Below, piece after piece: positions 1-10,493 of a stretch of DNA of 64,000 nucleotides. The notes beneath the pieces were generated by a model. It ran no database searches. It was not told the origin of the DNA and saw only the letters and a list, made by a program, of their open reading frames with translations. The DNA lies in NCBI GenBank assembly GCA_963771465.1, contig CAVYTU010000012.1, positions 64,001 to 128,000 on the forward strand, read 5' to 3'. The translations under genes and the position numbers were made by a program. Each line of letters opens with the position of its first letter. The stretch's first letter is position 1. The stretch comes from an uncultured delta proteobacterium (GTDB lineage: Bacteria; Desulfobacterota; Binatia; UBA9968).

Positions 1-2
1 TC

Positions 3-503
3 GAAACCCGCAAGGAGAAAGGCGAGAACTACTCCACGCTCGCCGGCTTTTTTCGCCAGTACGAACTCTATTACGTCGTCGCCGATGAGCGCGATGTGAT
101 TCGCGTGCGCACCACTTATCGCCAACCCCATGAGGACGTCTATGTTTACCGAACCAACGCGCCAATTAAAAACATCCGGCGGATTTTTCTTGATTACATC
201 AAGACGATGAATGAGCTGCGCGATCGGCCGAGTTATTACAATACGCTGACGACCAATTGCACGACCAGCGTGCTGTTTCATACGCGCATGAACCCCGAGT
301 CGCCGCCGATGTCGTGGAAGGTTCTATTGAGCGGCTATGTGCCGGATTATCTGTATGAGCTCGGCCGCCTCGATAAGACAAGATCGTTCGTAGAGCTGGA
401 GCGGATTTCGCGCGTCAATGAACGCGCTCGCGCCGCCGGCTCTGACGCTACTTTTTCGCAACGTATCAGAGAAGGATTGCCTAACCCAGGTGTCATGCCA
501 TGA
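3..503 (+). CDS. DUF4105 (Lnb N-terminal-like) domain protein, 5'-truncated by window
   Basis: Frame open from nt 3: ETRKEKGENYSTLAGFFRQYELYYVVADERDVIRVRT...YNTLTTNCTT, typical DUF4105 motifs; stop overlaps next ATG (ATGA). Confidence 0.85.
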   Translation, partial: ETRKEKGENYSTLAGFFRQYELYYVVADERDVIRVRTTYRQPHEDVYVYRTNAPIKNIRRIFLDYIKTMNELRDRPSYYNTLTTNCTTSVLFHTRMNPESPPMSWKVLLSGYVPDYLYELGRLDKTRSFVELERISRVNERARAAGSDATFSQRIREGLPNPGVMP

Positions 504-2365
504 AATTATTTGGAATTCGTCGATCTTTGCCACAGGGAATATTGTTCATCACGGCTGTTGCATTCCTGTGCTTCACCGCAGGTTGCGCCACGCCCATCGG
601 CGTCAATCGCGTCGATCTCGCCGTCGCCTATCATTCACTCACTGCCAATGCGATATCGGCCGAGAGGGCAAGCTCTTTTTCGTCGCGCGAGTTGATCAAC
701 CTCAACTTGTACCAGCGCTTCGATAAAGACCCTCAAGGAGCGCTGGCCGAACTGCATTCGGGTTTGGCGCCAAAAGGCGACGAAGATCGCATCTTCGCCT
801 TGGCCGAGCTTTCCTTTCTGCACGCCCAGAACAGTGGAGATCGATCCTATTATCTGGCGGCAGCCGTCTATGCCTATGCATTTATCCTTCCCGGCAAGCA
901 AGGCACGGCGCCCCGGGGAATCGACCCACGACTGCGTTGGGCGGTAGACCTCTACAATCAGTCGCTCGCCCAAGCTGCGAAGACAGATGAAGGCGCGTAC
1001 GCCATAGCGATGGGCGGTAAGTTCAAGCTGCCCTTCGGCGAGCTTACCGTCGAGTTCAACGAGCGCGATCTCATATGGTTCGGCTTCCGCATGAAGGATT
1101 TTGTTCCCGCGGCAGACCTCGAGGTGCGCGGATTGCGCAATCGGTATCGAACTCCCGGCGTTGGTGCCGCTCTCGCCGCGTCGATCGAGCCGCTGGAGGG
1201 GGCGGCGGACAAACAGTCCCTGCGTATTCCACCCCGGCTAAAGATCCCGGTCACAGCGTTTTTGCGGCTGGAAGATCCGCGCGCAGCATTGGCTTCGGGA
1301 AAGTTGAAAGGCAATTTGGAGTTTTACACTCCGGACTCCACAAGATCGCTCAAGATCCAAGGCGTCGACGTTCCGATCGAATATGAAACGACTTCGGCCC
1401 TCGCCCTGACTTTGGAAGGGGCGCCGGTTTGGGATTCCGAGATCGCCGGTTTCCGGTCCGGTGACTTTACCGGCGGCGCAAACTTGCGGGAAGGATTGTT
1501 CATGATGCACCCGCACAAAACCGGCCGTATCCCGGTCGTGCTCGTGCACGGCACAGCCTCAAGCCCGGCGCGCTGGGCCGAGCTCGTCAACGAATTGGAG
1601 AACGATCCCAGGTTTTGGGAAAATTACGAGATCTGGCTGTTCATGTACAATACAGGAAATCCCGTCGCCTATTCGGCGATGCTCCTGCGCGACGCTTTGG
1701 CGAAGGTTGTCAAGGAGCTCGACCCCGACGATAAAGACACGGGGCTCAAGCGAATGGTCGTCACGGGGCACAGCCAGGGCGGATTACTGACCAAGATGAC
1801 GGTGATCGACAGCGGCACGCGCCTTTGGCCTTTCAGTGTGCCGCCGGAAGAGTTGGACCTTGACATTGAAACACGCGAGCTTCTTACCCACGCACTGATG
1901 ATCAAGCCGCTGCCGTTTGTGCGCCGAGTGATATTTATCGCAACGCCGCATCGCGGCAGTTACCAGGCTCTAGGCATTCTGGGAAGCTTCGCCTCTTGGA
2001 TGGTGAATTTGCCGGGCCGTTTTACCAAGTTGAGTTTCGACCTCTTGACGCTGCAGACGGAAGGGATTGTTCTCGGTCCAACGAGCGGCGCCTCCCGACC
2101 AGCATCGATAACATGAACCCCACCAATCGATTCATCGTCGGTTTATCCGCAATCCCCATCGCCGATGGAGTCGATCGCCAACTCCATCGTTGGCGTTGAA
2201 GGCGGTGGGCCGCCGGCAGAAGGAGGAGACGGCGTCGTCAAATATTCGAGCGCGCATATCGACGGCGTCGAATCGGAGAAGATTGTAAACTCGGCACATT
2301 CGATGCAGAGCAATCCGGAAACGATTCAGGAAGTGAAGCGCATCCTGTTCGAGCACGCGAAATAA
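500..2365 (+). CDS. Alpha/beta-hydrolase (lipase/esterase-like) lipoprotein, broken by two compensating indels
   Basis: Lipobox-like FTAGC; VLVHG, GHSQGG nucleophile elbow, TPHRGS. Homology continues in another frame at about 2090-2172 (LPTSIDNMNPTNRF), then returns to the original frame (GDGVVKYSSAH...SAHSMQ), stop at 2365. Confidence 0.8.
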
Positions 2366-3254
2366 ATGCCGTGATGCAGGCCAGAATGAGGCGGCTATCG
2401 CGCGAAGAGAAGGACCTACTGATTGACCCGTTAGGTGCCTCAAGAAAATAACTGGATACTCGCCAACGTGTAACCGTTGTTTCCACAAGGGTTCCAACTA
2501 CGACGACTTCGTGAGTTCGTCCCGTCTGGCTCCAAGGATCAGACGCTCGGCACGTGCTAGGGTCTCGTCAGCCCGGTAGATCTCGACCCTTGGAATCGGT
2601 CTTCTGTACGCTTTGGTAAACGGAACGAAACGGTACACAAGGGTTCTTTGTGCTGTGCCGCCGCGTCCACCAAATTTCCTTCCACCATTCAGAATCCTCC
2701 CTCGACCCACGCGGTTAATTCAAATACGGAATCTGGGCTTATTCCAACCTTGGGGCAAAACTTCCGTGTTGGGGTTCCGGCGTAATTCATTGGGGCGGCC
2801 TGCCACGGGCTCAGCGCGCCGCGTTTGGCGATCTCGCAGGGATTCTTCGCTGCGAGTGCAGTGCCGAGTGCTAGCGAAAACCCGATCTTCGATTGCGGCG
2901 ACGAATTGCCGACTTTCACGAGCGGTTGGAAGTGATCGCCAAGGCGATTGTCAATTACGAGCGATTCGAGCCGTTGCTGATTCGCTACCAAGATTTAGCC
3001 AAAGAGCTGCTTAGACAAACAACGCCGAATCCCTAGCGCACGCCGGTTCCACTCATCGTTCGACTCCATATTCCACTCAAACTCCGCCGGATTATTTTCC
3101 ACTTACGTCATACATGCTCTGTTCTTTGCGTTGGTAGCCGTCGGCTAAATAAAAATTCAAGCGAGATTCGCGTGCGGCATTGACTTCCACTATCGGCTAT
3201 GAAAATAGGGACGGGAGTTATTGTCGGTCATGTAATTATTACCTGGAGGAACGG

Positions 3255-4450
3255 ATGACGAATTGGCTCTGGATCGGTTCATCGGCATTACTCTGTCTTA
3301 CAGTGGATAGTGATCCACTTCTGCAGGCGGACATCCGCCGCCGCATTGGATGGCGCTTAGCTCCGGCGTGGCGATTTTTGGCGCGGCGTTCATGCTTTCA
3401 TGGGCCGCGGAACTGGCGCAGAAAGATATTCCCCAAGCTTTAGCGATCGCGCTGCTCGCGTTGATCGCGGTGCTTCCTGAGTATGCAGTCGATATGTACT
3501 TCGCTTGGCAGGCCGGTAAAGACCCGAAATACACGGCGTTCGCGATGGCGAACATGACCGGCGCCAACCGCTTGTTGATCGGTGTCGGTTGGGCGGCCGT
3601 GGTGCTGACTTATTTTCTTAAGACCGGAATAAAAACCATCCAACTCGAACCTGGCCATAGGAGTGAAATTTTATATTTGGGCCTGGCGACGGTTTACTCG
3701 TTTCTGATTCCCATCAAAGGGCGTCTCGATTTGATGGATGCGGTCGTCTTCATCGCGATTTTCCTTCTCTACATGCGCGCCGCGTCCAAGGCCGAGCATG
3801 TGGAGACTGAGCTAGAAGGGCCGCCGGCGATGATCGAAGGCTGGGGTGAAGGTGCACGACGGCTGTTCACCGTGCTGTTCTTTTTGTATTCCGGATTTAC
3901 GATTTTTATCGCGGCGGAACCTTTCGCCGAAGGACTCTTGGCGACCGGCCGTACGTTCGGCATCGAGGAGTTCATCCTGGTTCAATGGCTAGCGCCATTG
4001 GCCTCCGAGTCGCCGGAGTTCATTGTCGCGATCTTGTTCGCGCTGAAAGCGCAGCCCGGCACGGCCATGGGGGCTTTGCTGTCGTCGAAGGTCAATCAAT
4101 GGACGTTGCTCATCGGCATGCTGCCGGTGGTTTTCATGATCTCCGCCGGAAGCATGGCACCTATGGTCATGGATCAACGCCAAATTGAAGAGATGTTCTT
4201 GACTGCGGCGCAGTCTTTGTTCGCCGTGGCAATTCTCGCCAATCTGTCCTTTTCGCTCTTCGAAGCGACAGTTATTTTTCTGCTGTTCTCGACGCAGTTG
4301 TTTTTTCCCGACCCGCAGTTCCGTTTCTACTATTCGTTCCTTTATATTTTTCTTGCCATCGGCTTGGTGGTGGCAAAGAAAGATGTCCGAGCGGGCGTGC
4401 TTGGACTTTTCTCCCGCGGAAGTCCGGCGGGAGTTTTGGAAAAGCACTAG
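3255..4450 (+). CDS. Sodium:calcium antiporter (CaCA/YrbG family); N-terminus apparently frameshifted
   Basis: Two alpha-repeats (LPEYAVD...ANMTGANR; ASESPEF...SSKVNQ) and many TM helices in ORF 3350-4450. GGAGG RBS precedes ATG 3255; two +1 indels near 3300 and 3321 give MTNWLWIGSSALLCLQWIVIHFAGGHPPPHWMALSSG. Confidence 0.85.
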
Positions 4451-4532
4451 ACTCGCATCGTTCTTCATGCCAGCTTACTTGTGAATAGGGTGGCGCTCTC
4501 AAGCGTCTGTCCGCTGACGGAGGGCAGAGCGT

Positions 4533-4856
4533 ATGGCATTAAAACCGACGGGGATCGTCAGACAGCTCGGATGGCGCGGCTTCTTTCAGCTGCTCACCCA
4601 CCTGCCGAGTTTCGCCCGACTCTTTTCGCGCTTGATCCAAGACCCGCGCGTATCGGCGAGTCCCAAACTGATCGTCGCGGGAATTTTGGCCTACGTGATT
4701 TTGCCGACGGATTTACTGCCGGATTTCCTCATCGGCGTGGGGCAAATGGACGATCTCGCCGTGATCCTCGGTGGACTGAAGTTATTCCTGCGGCTTTGCC
4801 CGCCTGAAATCGTGCAAGAGCATCTCAAGGCGATCTCCGCCGGGCGTGAACGCTAG
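4533..4856 (+). CDS. DUF1232 (YkvA) family membrane protein
   Basis: AYVILPTDLLPDFLIGVGQMDD signature. Confidence 0.9.
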   Translation: MALKPTGIVRQLGWRGFFQLLTHLPSFARLFSRLIQDPRVSASPKLIVAGILAYVILPTDLLPDFLIGVGQMDDLAVILGGLKLFLRLCPPEIVQEHLKAISAGRER

Positions 4857-4935
4857 TCGTGAATATGAATAGGGTTTATTGAATATGCCCTGGCAATCAC
4901 TTTTTTAGACCGAGGGCTGCCTCGCCGGCAAAGTT

Positions 4936-5145
4936 TTAGTGCTTGGCCGCGGCTTTTTCTTCCTTGATATTCTCGTGGATCATGCGTGGTACGCCGCCGC
5001 AGCTAAAGCAGCGCGGCGGTTCATGTTTGGTTTCACCTTCCGGGTAACGCATGAAGCGGCGGTAAAAGGGCTTCTCGGTGCCGACGAAGTCGTCGTAGTA
5101 AAACGCTAGCTTGCCGCACTCACTGCATTGTAAATATTTCGCCAT
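4936..5145 (-). CDS. Small zinc-ribbon-like hypothetical protein (69 aa)
   Basis: CSEC...CFSC pairs; AGAGG RBS upstream of ATG. Confidence 0.6.
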   Translation of the reverse strand: MAKYLQCSECGKLAFYYDDFVGTEKPFYRRFMRYPEGETKHEPPRCFSCGGVPRMIHENIKEEKAAAKH

Positions 5146-5326
5146 AGTTTCCTCTGTGCGTCGTTCGGTTTCTCGTGTCGGAGAGAATACTCACGAACCT
5201 TGGCAAGGTCAATATCGTCGGACGCAGGGTTGAGAAATGGGCGATTTTGTTGCATGGGATATGAGGTGTGAACGTAGTGTGGCATAGCCAATGATATCAT
5301 CAGCAAATAGCAGGAGGACATAAACT

Positions 5327-5926
5327 ATGGCGATCAAACTGTTCAATTCCCAAACTTCGATGTTTTGCGAAAAGGTCCGCATGGTCTTCGCGCTCAAGAA
5401 AGTGCCCTACGAAGTCATCGACGTGCGCGCGGACGAGCGCAAATCTTTGCTGGAATATACCAACCAGCGCAAGGTGCCGACGCTCAACTACAATGGCGAA
5501 TGTGTCATTGACTCGACGGTGATCTCGGCGCGGCTGGAGAAGGATTATCCGCAGAACAGTATCTATCCCGACGGCGCCGCGAACAAAGGGCTTTGCTTGG
5601 CCTTGGAAGACTGGTCCGATGAAGTACTGATCCACGCCAACCACGCCATGCGGCGGGCGGATAATCCGGAGGCGAAACAGAAAGCGCAGGCGGAGTGGGA
5701 TAGCCATTTCAAAACTCTCGACCAGATGTACGCCGGTAAGAAGTTCATCTTCGATAAGTTGACCCTTGCTGACATCTCGATCTTCTCGCAATTGCATTAT
5801 TTATACACGGCGGTCAAATACGATGTGCCGGCGGAGTACAAGAACGTCCATGCCTTTCTGGATAACATGCGCCGGACGCTCAAGCTCAATTCCCTCGCCG
5901 ACAGTTTTGATGCGCCTTCGCTCTAG
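5327..5926 (+). CDS. Glutathione S-transferase family protein
   Basis: SMFCEKVR N-terminal motif, KVPTL cis-Pro, IDS, TLADI N-capping box; AGGAGG RBS. Confidence 0.9.
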   Translation: MAIKLFNSQTSMFCEKVRMVFALKKVPYEVIDVRADERKSLLEYTNQRKVPTLNYNGECVIDSTVISARLEKDYPQNSIYPDGAANKGLCLALEDWSDEVLIHANHAMRRADNPEAKQKAQAEWDSHFKTLDQMYAGKKFIFDKLTLADISIFSQLHYLYTAVKYDVPAEYKNVHAFLDNMRRTLKLNSLADSFDAPSL

Positions 5927-5934
5927 AATCTGGC

Positions 5935-6175
5935 ATGAAGAAAAATGTGATCGTTCCGCGCTTGGGTCGAGCGATGAGAGCGACGAGGCGCGCATCTCGC
6001 GCTGGATCGCGAGCGCTGGCGCGAGCGTGAAAAAAGGCCAGGCGCTACTCGAAGTCGAGACCGACAAAGTCAACGTCGAAGTGGAAGCGCCGGCGGACGG
6101 CACGCTGGGAGAATTCAGCGCCAAGGTGGCGATTTTGTCAAGTTCGGCGCAGTGGTTGCGTTCGTCGAGAAATAA
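5935..6175 (+). CDS. Stand-alone lipoyl/biotin-attachment domain protein (about 80 aa), frameshifted in this sequence
   Basis: MKKNVIVPRLG / SDESDEARISRW...VKKGQALLEVETDKVNVEVEAPADGTL / GDFVKFGAVVAFVEK; ETDK lipoyl-lysine motif; indels near 5966 and 6126. Confidence 0.75.
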
Positions 6176-6197
6176 ATAACCGATTCAGCTAGAGTCA

Positions 6198-6251
6198 TTC
6201 CGCCCAGCCAATCGTGCTGCTTTCACGGGCGGCACGGCTGGCGGGCGGGAA
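6198..6251. repeat. GC-rich imperfect hairpin (terminator- or REP-like)
   Basis: TTCCGCCC-AGCC..CGTGCTGC / GCGGCACG-GCTGG..GGGCGGGAA inverted repeat after the lipoyl gene. Confidence 0.5.
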
Positions 6252-6378
6252 ACGCAAAGCAAAGTTCCAGCGTAAAACTTTCGTATCATCGAATTGTATC
6301 CCCCGGATCAGAATTTAATTCCAAGCCGATCGTGCTTTCGGCGCGCGGTGGCGCGCGCAGCGGCGTAGCTAGCTTCAT

Positions 6379-8169
6379 ATGGAAGAACGTTATTCGCGCC
6401 TGCTAGCGCAGACTTGCTGGGCGGGGTGTCTGCTGGGTGGTGTGGCGACGCTGTACTTTCTCTTCGGCCTGGCGGGTTTTGTTCACAGCGTTCTGTTAAA
6501 TTTTGCCGTCGCCGCCGTTCTGGCGGGCGCGCTGGGCTTTTTCCTCTATCATTTATTTACTCAACCCAAGGGTGCGGGCTGGATTGGCTGGTCGTTATGG
6601 GCGGGTATTCTCATTATTCTCACCGCTGAAGCGATTCTCGGTTTCTTGCCGCCTATCAGTCGCGACGAGCTGACTCATCACTTGGCGATTCCTAAACTCT
6701 ACGCCAAGGCCGGACGTATCATCGAGGTGCCGATGGCGCCCTACGCTTACTATCCGATGCTCGTCGATATGTTGTTCACGCCATGGATTCATTGGGGCTA
6801 CGATTTCGTGCCCAAGTGGATTCACTGGCTTTTTTCCGGCCTCACGGCTTTGCTCCTCCACGGCTATTTGGCGCGGCGCATGAACGCAGTCTACGGCTGG
6901 CTCGGCGCTTTTTTCTTCCTCTCGACGCCCGCGATCTTTCGGCTTGGTCATTGGGGTTATAACGATCTCGCGCTCGCTTTCTACACAACTGCGGCGCTTC
7001 TGTGTCTGCTCAGGTGGCGTGAAGAGCGCGGCGCCAATAGCTGGCTGGTGCTGGCCGCGCTGTCAGTTGGATTCGCGTTGGCAACGAAGCCCAATGGCTT
7101 GGTCGCGGCGTTGTTAATCGCGCTGCTGTTCGGTTTGATGATCGTCAAGCCGCCGCGCCGAAGTTTCCCAGCGCTCAGCCGGGAATTTTTTTGCTTCGGC
7201 GCACTGGCGCTCGCACCATTTTTACCTTGGCTGATCAAGAACTGGTGGCAAACCGAAAATCCGCTGTTTCCCTTCTTCGGCAGCATATTTGTCGCCACGG
7301 CATCGTCGGCTCATCTTGGCCCCGAAGGGGCGAGCTTCGCTGCGGTCGGTATCTTCGATAAGCGGGAACATCTTTATGGCGAAAATATTTGGCAGATCAT
7401 CGCGCTGCCGCTCAGAGTCTTTTTCTCCGGCCAGGACGATAACCCGCAATATTTCGATGGCGTGCTAACGCCGATGCTGATTCTATTTTTGCCGTGGGTG
7501 TTCAAGGGAAAGTGGCTGGAGGAAAAGAAAATCCTTGCCGGCTTTGCGCTCTTGTTGTTGCTCTACGCGGTCTTTCTAGTCGACTTGCGGATTCGCTATA
7601 TCCTTGGCGTTGTGCCGCTACTGGTCATTTTGTTCTCCTATGGCGTGTTCAATACTTATCTCAGTATCAAATGGCCCAGCGTCTTGGGTATTGTGCTGCT
7701 TTCATTCGCGGGGTGGCACGGAATCTATCTGGCGAAATACATTCGCGACGCCGAGCCGCTGGCGTATCTCACTGGCACCGTCAGCCGGAAGGAATACTTG
7801 ACGCGGGCGCTACCGGAATATTCCGCCTTCGAGTATATCAACCGGCAGACGTCCGATGGCGCGAAAATTTATCTTCTCTTTGTCGGTCGGAGAGCGTATT
7901 ATTGCGAGCGAAACTATTTTCACGACGCTGGCGACCTGCCTGGCTTTTTGCTCGGCGCGATTCGCGCTGCCAAGAATGCCGCACAAATCGAACAGTCGCT
8001 CAGACAAAACCAAATCACCCATCTCATGGCGCGCGAGGAGCTGCTGGCCCGTTTTCTCAGTAATAATTTAACGCCGGCGCAAATGCGGCTGTGGAACGAA
8101 TTCGCCGGCCGCGCGCTCGCGCTCGGCTTTCGCCAACGCGGCTACGCTGTCTATCAATTGCATGGCTAA
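6379..8169 (+). CDS. GT-C fold (ArnT/PMT, GT39/83-like) membrane glycosyltransferase
   Basis: More than 10 TM helices; DELTHHLAIPK, YYPML, YNDL, ATKPNG, PWLIKNW..TENPLFP motifs typical of polyprenol-phosphate-sugar dependent transferases. Confidence 0.75.
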   Translation: MEERYSRLLAQTCWAGCLLGGVATLYFLFGLAGFVHSVLLNFAVAAVLAGALGFFLYHLFTQPKGAGWIGWSLWAGILIILTAEAILGFLPPISRDELTHHLAIPKLYAKAGRIIEVPMAPYAYYPMLVDMLFTPWIHWGYDFVPKWIHWLFSGLTALLLHGYLARRMNAVYGWLGAFFFLSTPAIFRLGHWGYNDLALAFYTTAALLCLLRWREERGANSWLVLAALSVGFALATKPNGLVAALLIALLFGLMIVKPPRRSFPALSREFFCFGALALAPFLPWLIKNWWQTENPLFPFFGSIFVATASSAHLGPEGASFAAVGIFDKREHLYGENIWQIIALPLRVFFSGQDDNPQYFDGVLTPMLILFLPWVFKGKWLEEKKILAGFALLLLLYAVFLVDLRIRYILGVVPLLVILFSYGVFNTYLSIKWPSVLGIVLLSFAGWHGIYLAKYIRDAEPLAYLTGTVSRKEYLTRALPEYSAFEYINRQTSDGAKIYLLFVGRRAYYCERNYFHDAGDLPGFLLGAIRAAKNAAQIEQSLRQNQITHLMAREELLARFLSNNLTPAQMRLWNEFAGRALALGFRQRGYAVYQLHG

Positions 8170-9049
8170 ACCCATCGAGCTATCGATCGTCATCCCGGTT
8201 TTCAACGAAGCCGATAATCTCGCTGAGGTGCTCGGAAAGATTCAGTCGCTGCAATTGCCGGAAGCTGAAATCATCGTCGTCGACGACGGCTCCACCGACA
8301 GCAGCGCCGAGATCGCCATGGCTGCGCGCGCTAACGTGGTGCGCCATCCTTACAATATTGGCAACGGCGCGGCAGTGAAGAGCGGCATGCGCGCGGCCAA
8401 GGGAAGATTCATTCTCTTGATGGATGGCGACGGCCAACACAAACCCGAGGATATTCCGAAGTTATGCGCCGAGGCGGCGCACTATCACATGGTAGTGGGC
8501 GCGCGCGGCAAAGGATCGAAACTGAGGTTTCATCGCTACGCCGCCAATACGGTTTACAATTGGTTGGCGTCCTATGTGACACGTTTCAAAGTGCAGGATC
8601 TGACATCGGGATTTCGCCTACTGTCCCGCCGTGAAGCGCTGCGCTACATCGATTTGCTGCCGAACACTTTTTCCTATCCGACAACGCTGACGTTGGCCTT
8701 TCTGCGCTCGGGACTGACGGTCAAGTATGTGCCGATCCAATCGCTCTACCGTTCCGGCCAGAGTAAGATCAGTTTGATCACCGACGGCATTCGCTTTCTG
8801 CTGATTATCACCAAGATAGCCACTTTGTTTGCGCCGTTCCGGGTGTTCTTACCGGTGAGCGTGTTTTTCTTTGTCGGCGGCGTCGCCAACTATATTTACA
8901 CCTACCTCACGCAGAATCGCTTCACCAACATGTCCGTGTTCGCCTTGACGACCTCGGTGATCATCTTCATGTTAGGATTGATCTCGGAACAGATTGCGCT
9001 GCTGCGGATGGAACGGCAACAGAGCGGCCGGCGCTTCGACGACGGCTGA
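8162..9049 (+). CDS. GT2 glycosyltransferase (DPM/GtrB-like polyprenol-phosphate glycosyl synthase)
   Basis: IPVFNE, VDDGSTD, MDGDGQH, DLTSGFR; two C-terminal TM helices. Confidence 0.9.
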   Translation: MAKPIELSIVIPVFNEADNLAEVLGKIQSLQLPEAEIIVVDDGSTDSSAEIAMAARANVVRHPYNIGNGAAVKSGMRAAKGRFILLMDGDGQHKPEDIPKLCAEAAHYHMVVGARGKGSKLRFHRYAANTVYNWLASYVTRFKVQDLTSGFRLLSRREALRYIDLLPNTFSYPTTLTLAFLRSGLTVKYVPIQSLYRSGQSKISLITDGIRFLLIITKIATLFAPFRVFLPVSVFFFVGGVANYIYTYLTQNRFTNMSVFALTTSVIIFMLGLISEQIALLRMERQQSGRRFDDG

Positions 9050-9083
9050 GCGCTGCGTCGAAGGCAATTCGTCCGCAGCTTTT

Positions 9084-10316
9084 TTACTGACGAGGTGATG
9101 ACAAGATCTCGTGATATAGTTTGTCGAACTCGCCGGCGATCCGTTGCCAATCGTAATGATTTTTAGCTTCGGCATAGGCGTTTTCGACAAGCGTCGCCCG
9201 CAGCGCCGTGTCATTCATCAGTTTCGCGATCGCTACTGCGAGATCTTTGGGTTGGTTCGGTTGCACTAATATTCCGGTGCGCCGGTCGCGCACTACCGCG
9301 TCGATACCGCCGACGCGGGTCGCCAAGACGCAAGCGCGCGCAGCGAACGCTTCTAAAAAAACTACCCCTTGGCCTTCGGTGTCGCCCGACTGCGCCTCGA
9401 CCGACGGAGCGACGAATAGATCAGCGGCGGCATAGAAATTCGCTAAATCTTGATTACGCACCATGCCCCAAAAACGAATCTGCCCGTCGATTGCCAAATC
9501 CTTCGCGGCTTTTTCCAGCGCCGGTTTTCGATCGCCGTCGCCGACGATCCAGAGCACGGTTCGTTGCTTGAGCGCGGCCGGCAATATAGCCATCGCGCGC
9601 AGCAAATCTTCAACGCCTTTTTTCTCCACCAGGCGGCCGACGAAGAGCAACAAAAAGTTCTCTTCGGCCAAAAGTGCGCGGAGAACAGCACGGTCGCCAT
9701 TGGCGAAGCGGGCGATATCGACGCCCATGGGAATGACACGGACCGACCGAGCCGATGTCCTATCGTCGATGGCGGAAGAGGTCGCGGGTGTGTTGGCCGT
9801 CCACGCATCGCTTTTGGCCACTACTAGCCGTTTGATGAAATTGTTAAGCCAGCCTTTGAGAGCGAAGGCATCGGCGCCGTGCGCCGTAGTTATGAGCGGA
9901 ATAGGATGGATTGTTTTCGCCAGGACGCCAATCAAACCTTGCGGCAATATCCAATGAGCATGAAGTAGATCAAACTTTTCTTGCCGCAAGAGCCGCAACA
10001 ATCTGTACGTCATCGCCAGAGCATAAAAGGGCACCTGTAACCAAAGCCAAGGCGAGCGGCTGAGATTTGGCATCATCCCGGAGCCGTAGGCGAGTTTCTG
10101 CCAGTGCAGCGGAAAGTATTGAAAACGGTGCACGTGGATATTGCCTTCCTGTTTCGATTCGTTGTAACCGTCCGCCGGTGCCAGGACATGAATTTCGTTG
10201 CCGCGCGCGGCCAATGCTTCGGCAAAATATCGGAGGAAGACTGACGCGGTGTCGTCCTCCTCGCGCGGATAGCTCGATGTGAGAAAGAGAATCTTGAGAG
10301 GTTGTCGCCGGCTCAT
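9084..10316 (-). CDS. GT4 glycosyltransferase
   Basis: HAHW, FVGRLVEKKG, EGQGVVFLEAFA motifs. Confidence 0.9.
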   Translation of the reverse strand: MSRRQPLKILFLTSSYPREEDDTASVFLRYFAEALAARGNEIHVLAPADGYNESKQEGNIHVHRFQYFPLHWQKLAYGSGMMPNLSRSPWLWLQVPFYALAMTYRLLRLLRQEKFDLLHAHWILPQGLIGVLAKTIHPIPLITTAHGADAFALKGWLNNFIKRLVVAKSDAWTANTPATSSAIDDRTSARSVRVIPMGVDIARFANGDRAVLRALLAEENFLLLFVGRLVEKKGVEDLLRAMAILPAALKQRTVLWIVGDGDRKPALEKAAKDLAIDGQIRFWGMVRNQDLANFYAAADLFVAPSVEAQSGDTEGQGVVFLEAFAARACVLATRVGGIDAVVRDRRTGILVQPNQPKDLAVAIAKLMNDTALRATLVENAYAEAKNHYDWQRIAGEFDKLYHEILSSPRQ

Positions 10317-10493
10317 GGGGTTTCAGGAATGAATCGATGTGCCGGCGGGGTTATTCGTATGCGGACAATTCTTGCGACCGTTGCATATCGAGGTGCCTAG
10401 GACCGGCATGACGCAGTGCGAGACATTTTTGTTGCTCAACTTGCTCCCAGCGAGTAAAATACATTTTTAGCCGGCAAAATCCACAAAAACTCC

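Noticed and set aside
2114-2116. In-frame TGA in the hydrolase as readthrough
   Set aside because: It lies within a segment where the family-like sequence is in another frame, between two compensating indels.
2484-2646. 11-bp direct repeat CACAAGGGTTC
   Set aside because: Only two short copies with no associated element; could be chance.
5280-5296. Sigma-54-like TGGCATAGCCAATGAT before the GST (and a similar one at about 24621-24638)
   Set aside because: The -12 element is GA rather than GC; too weak to call.
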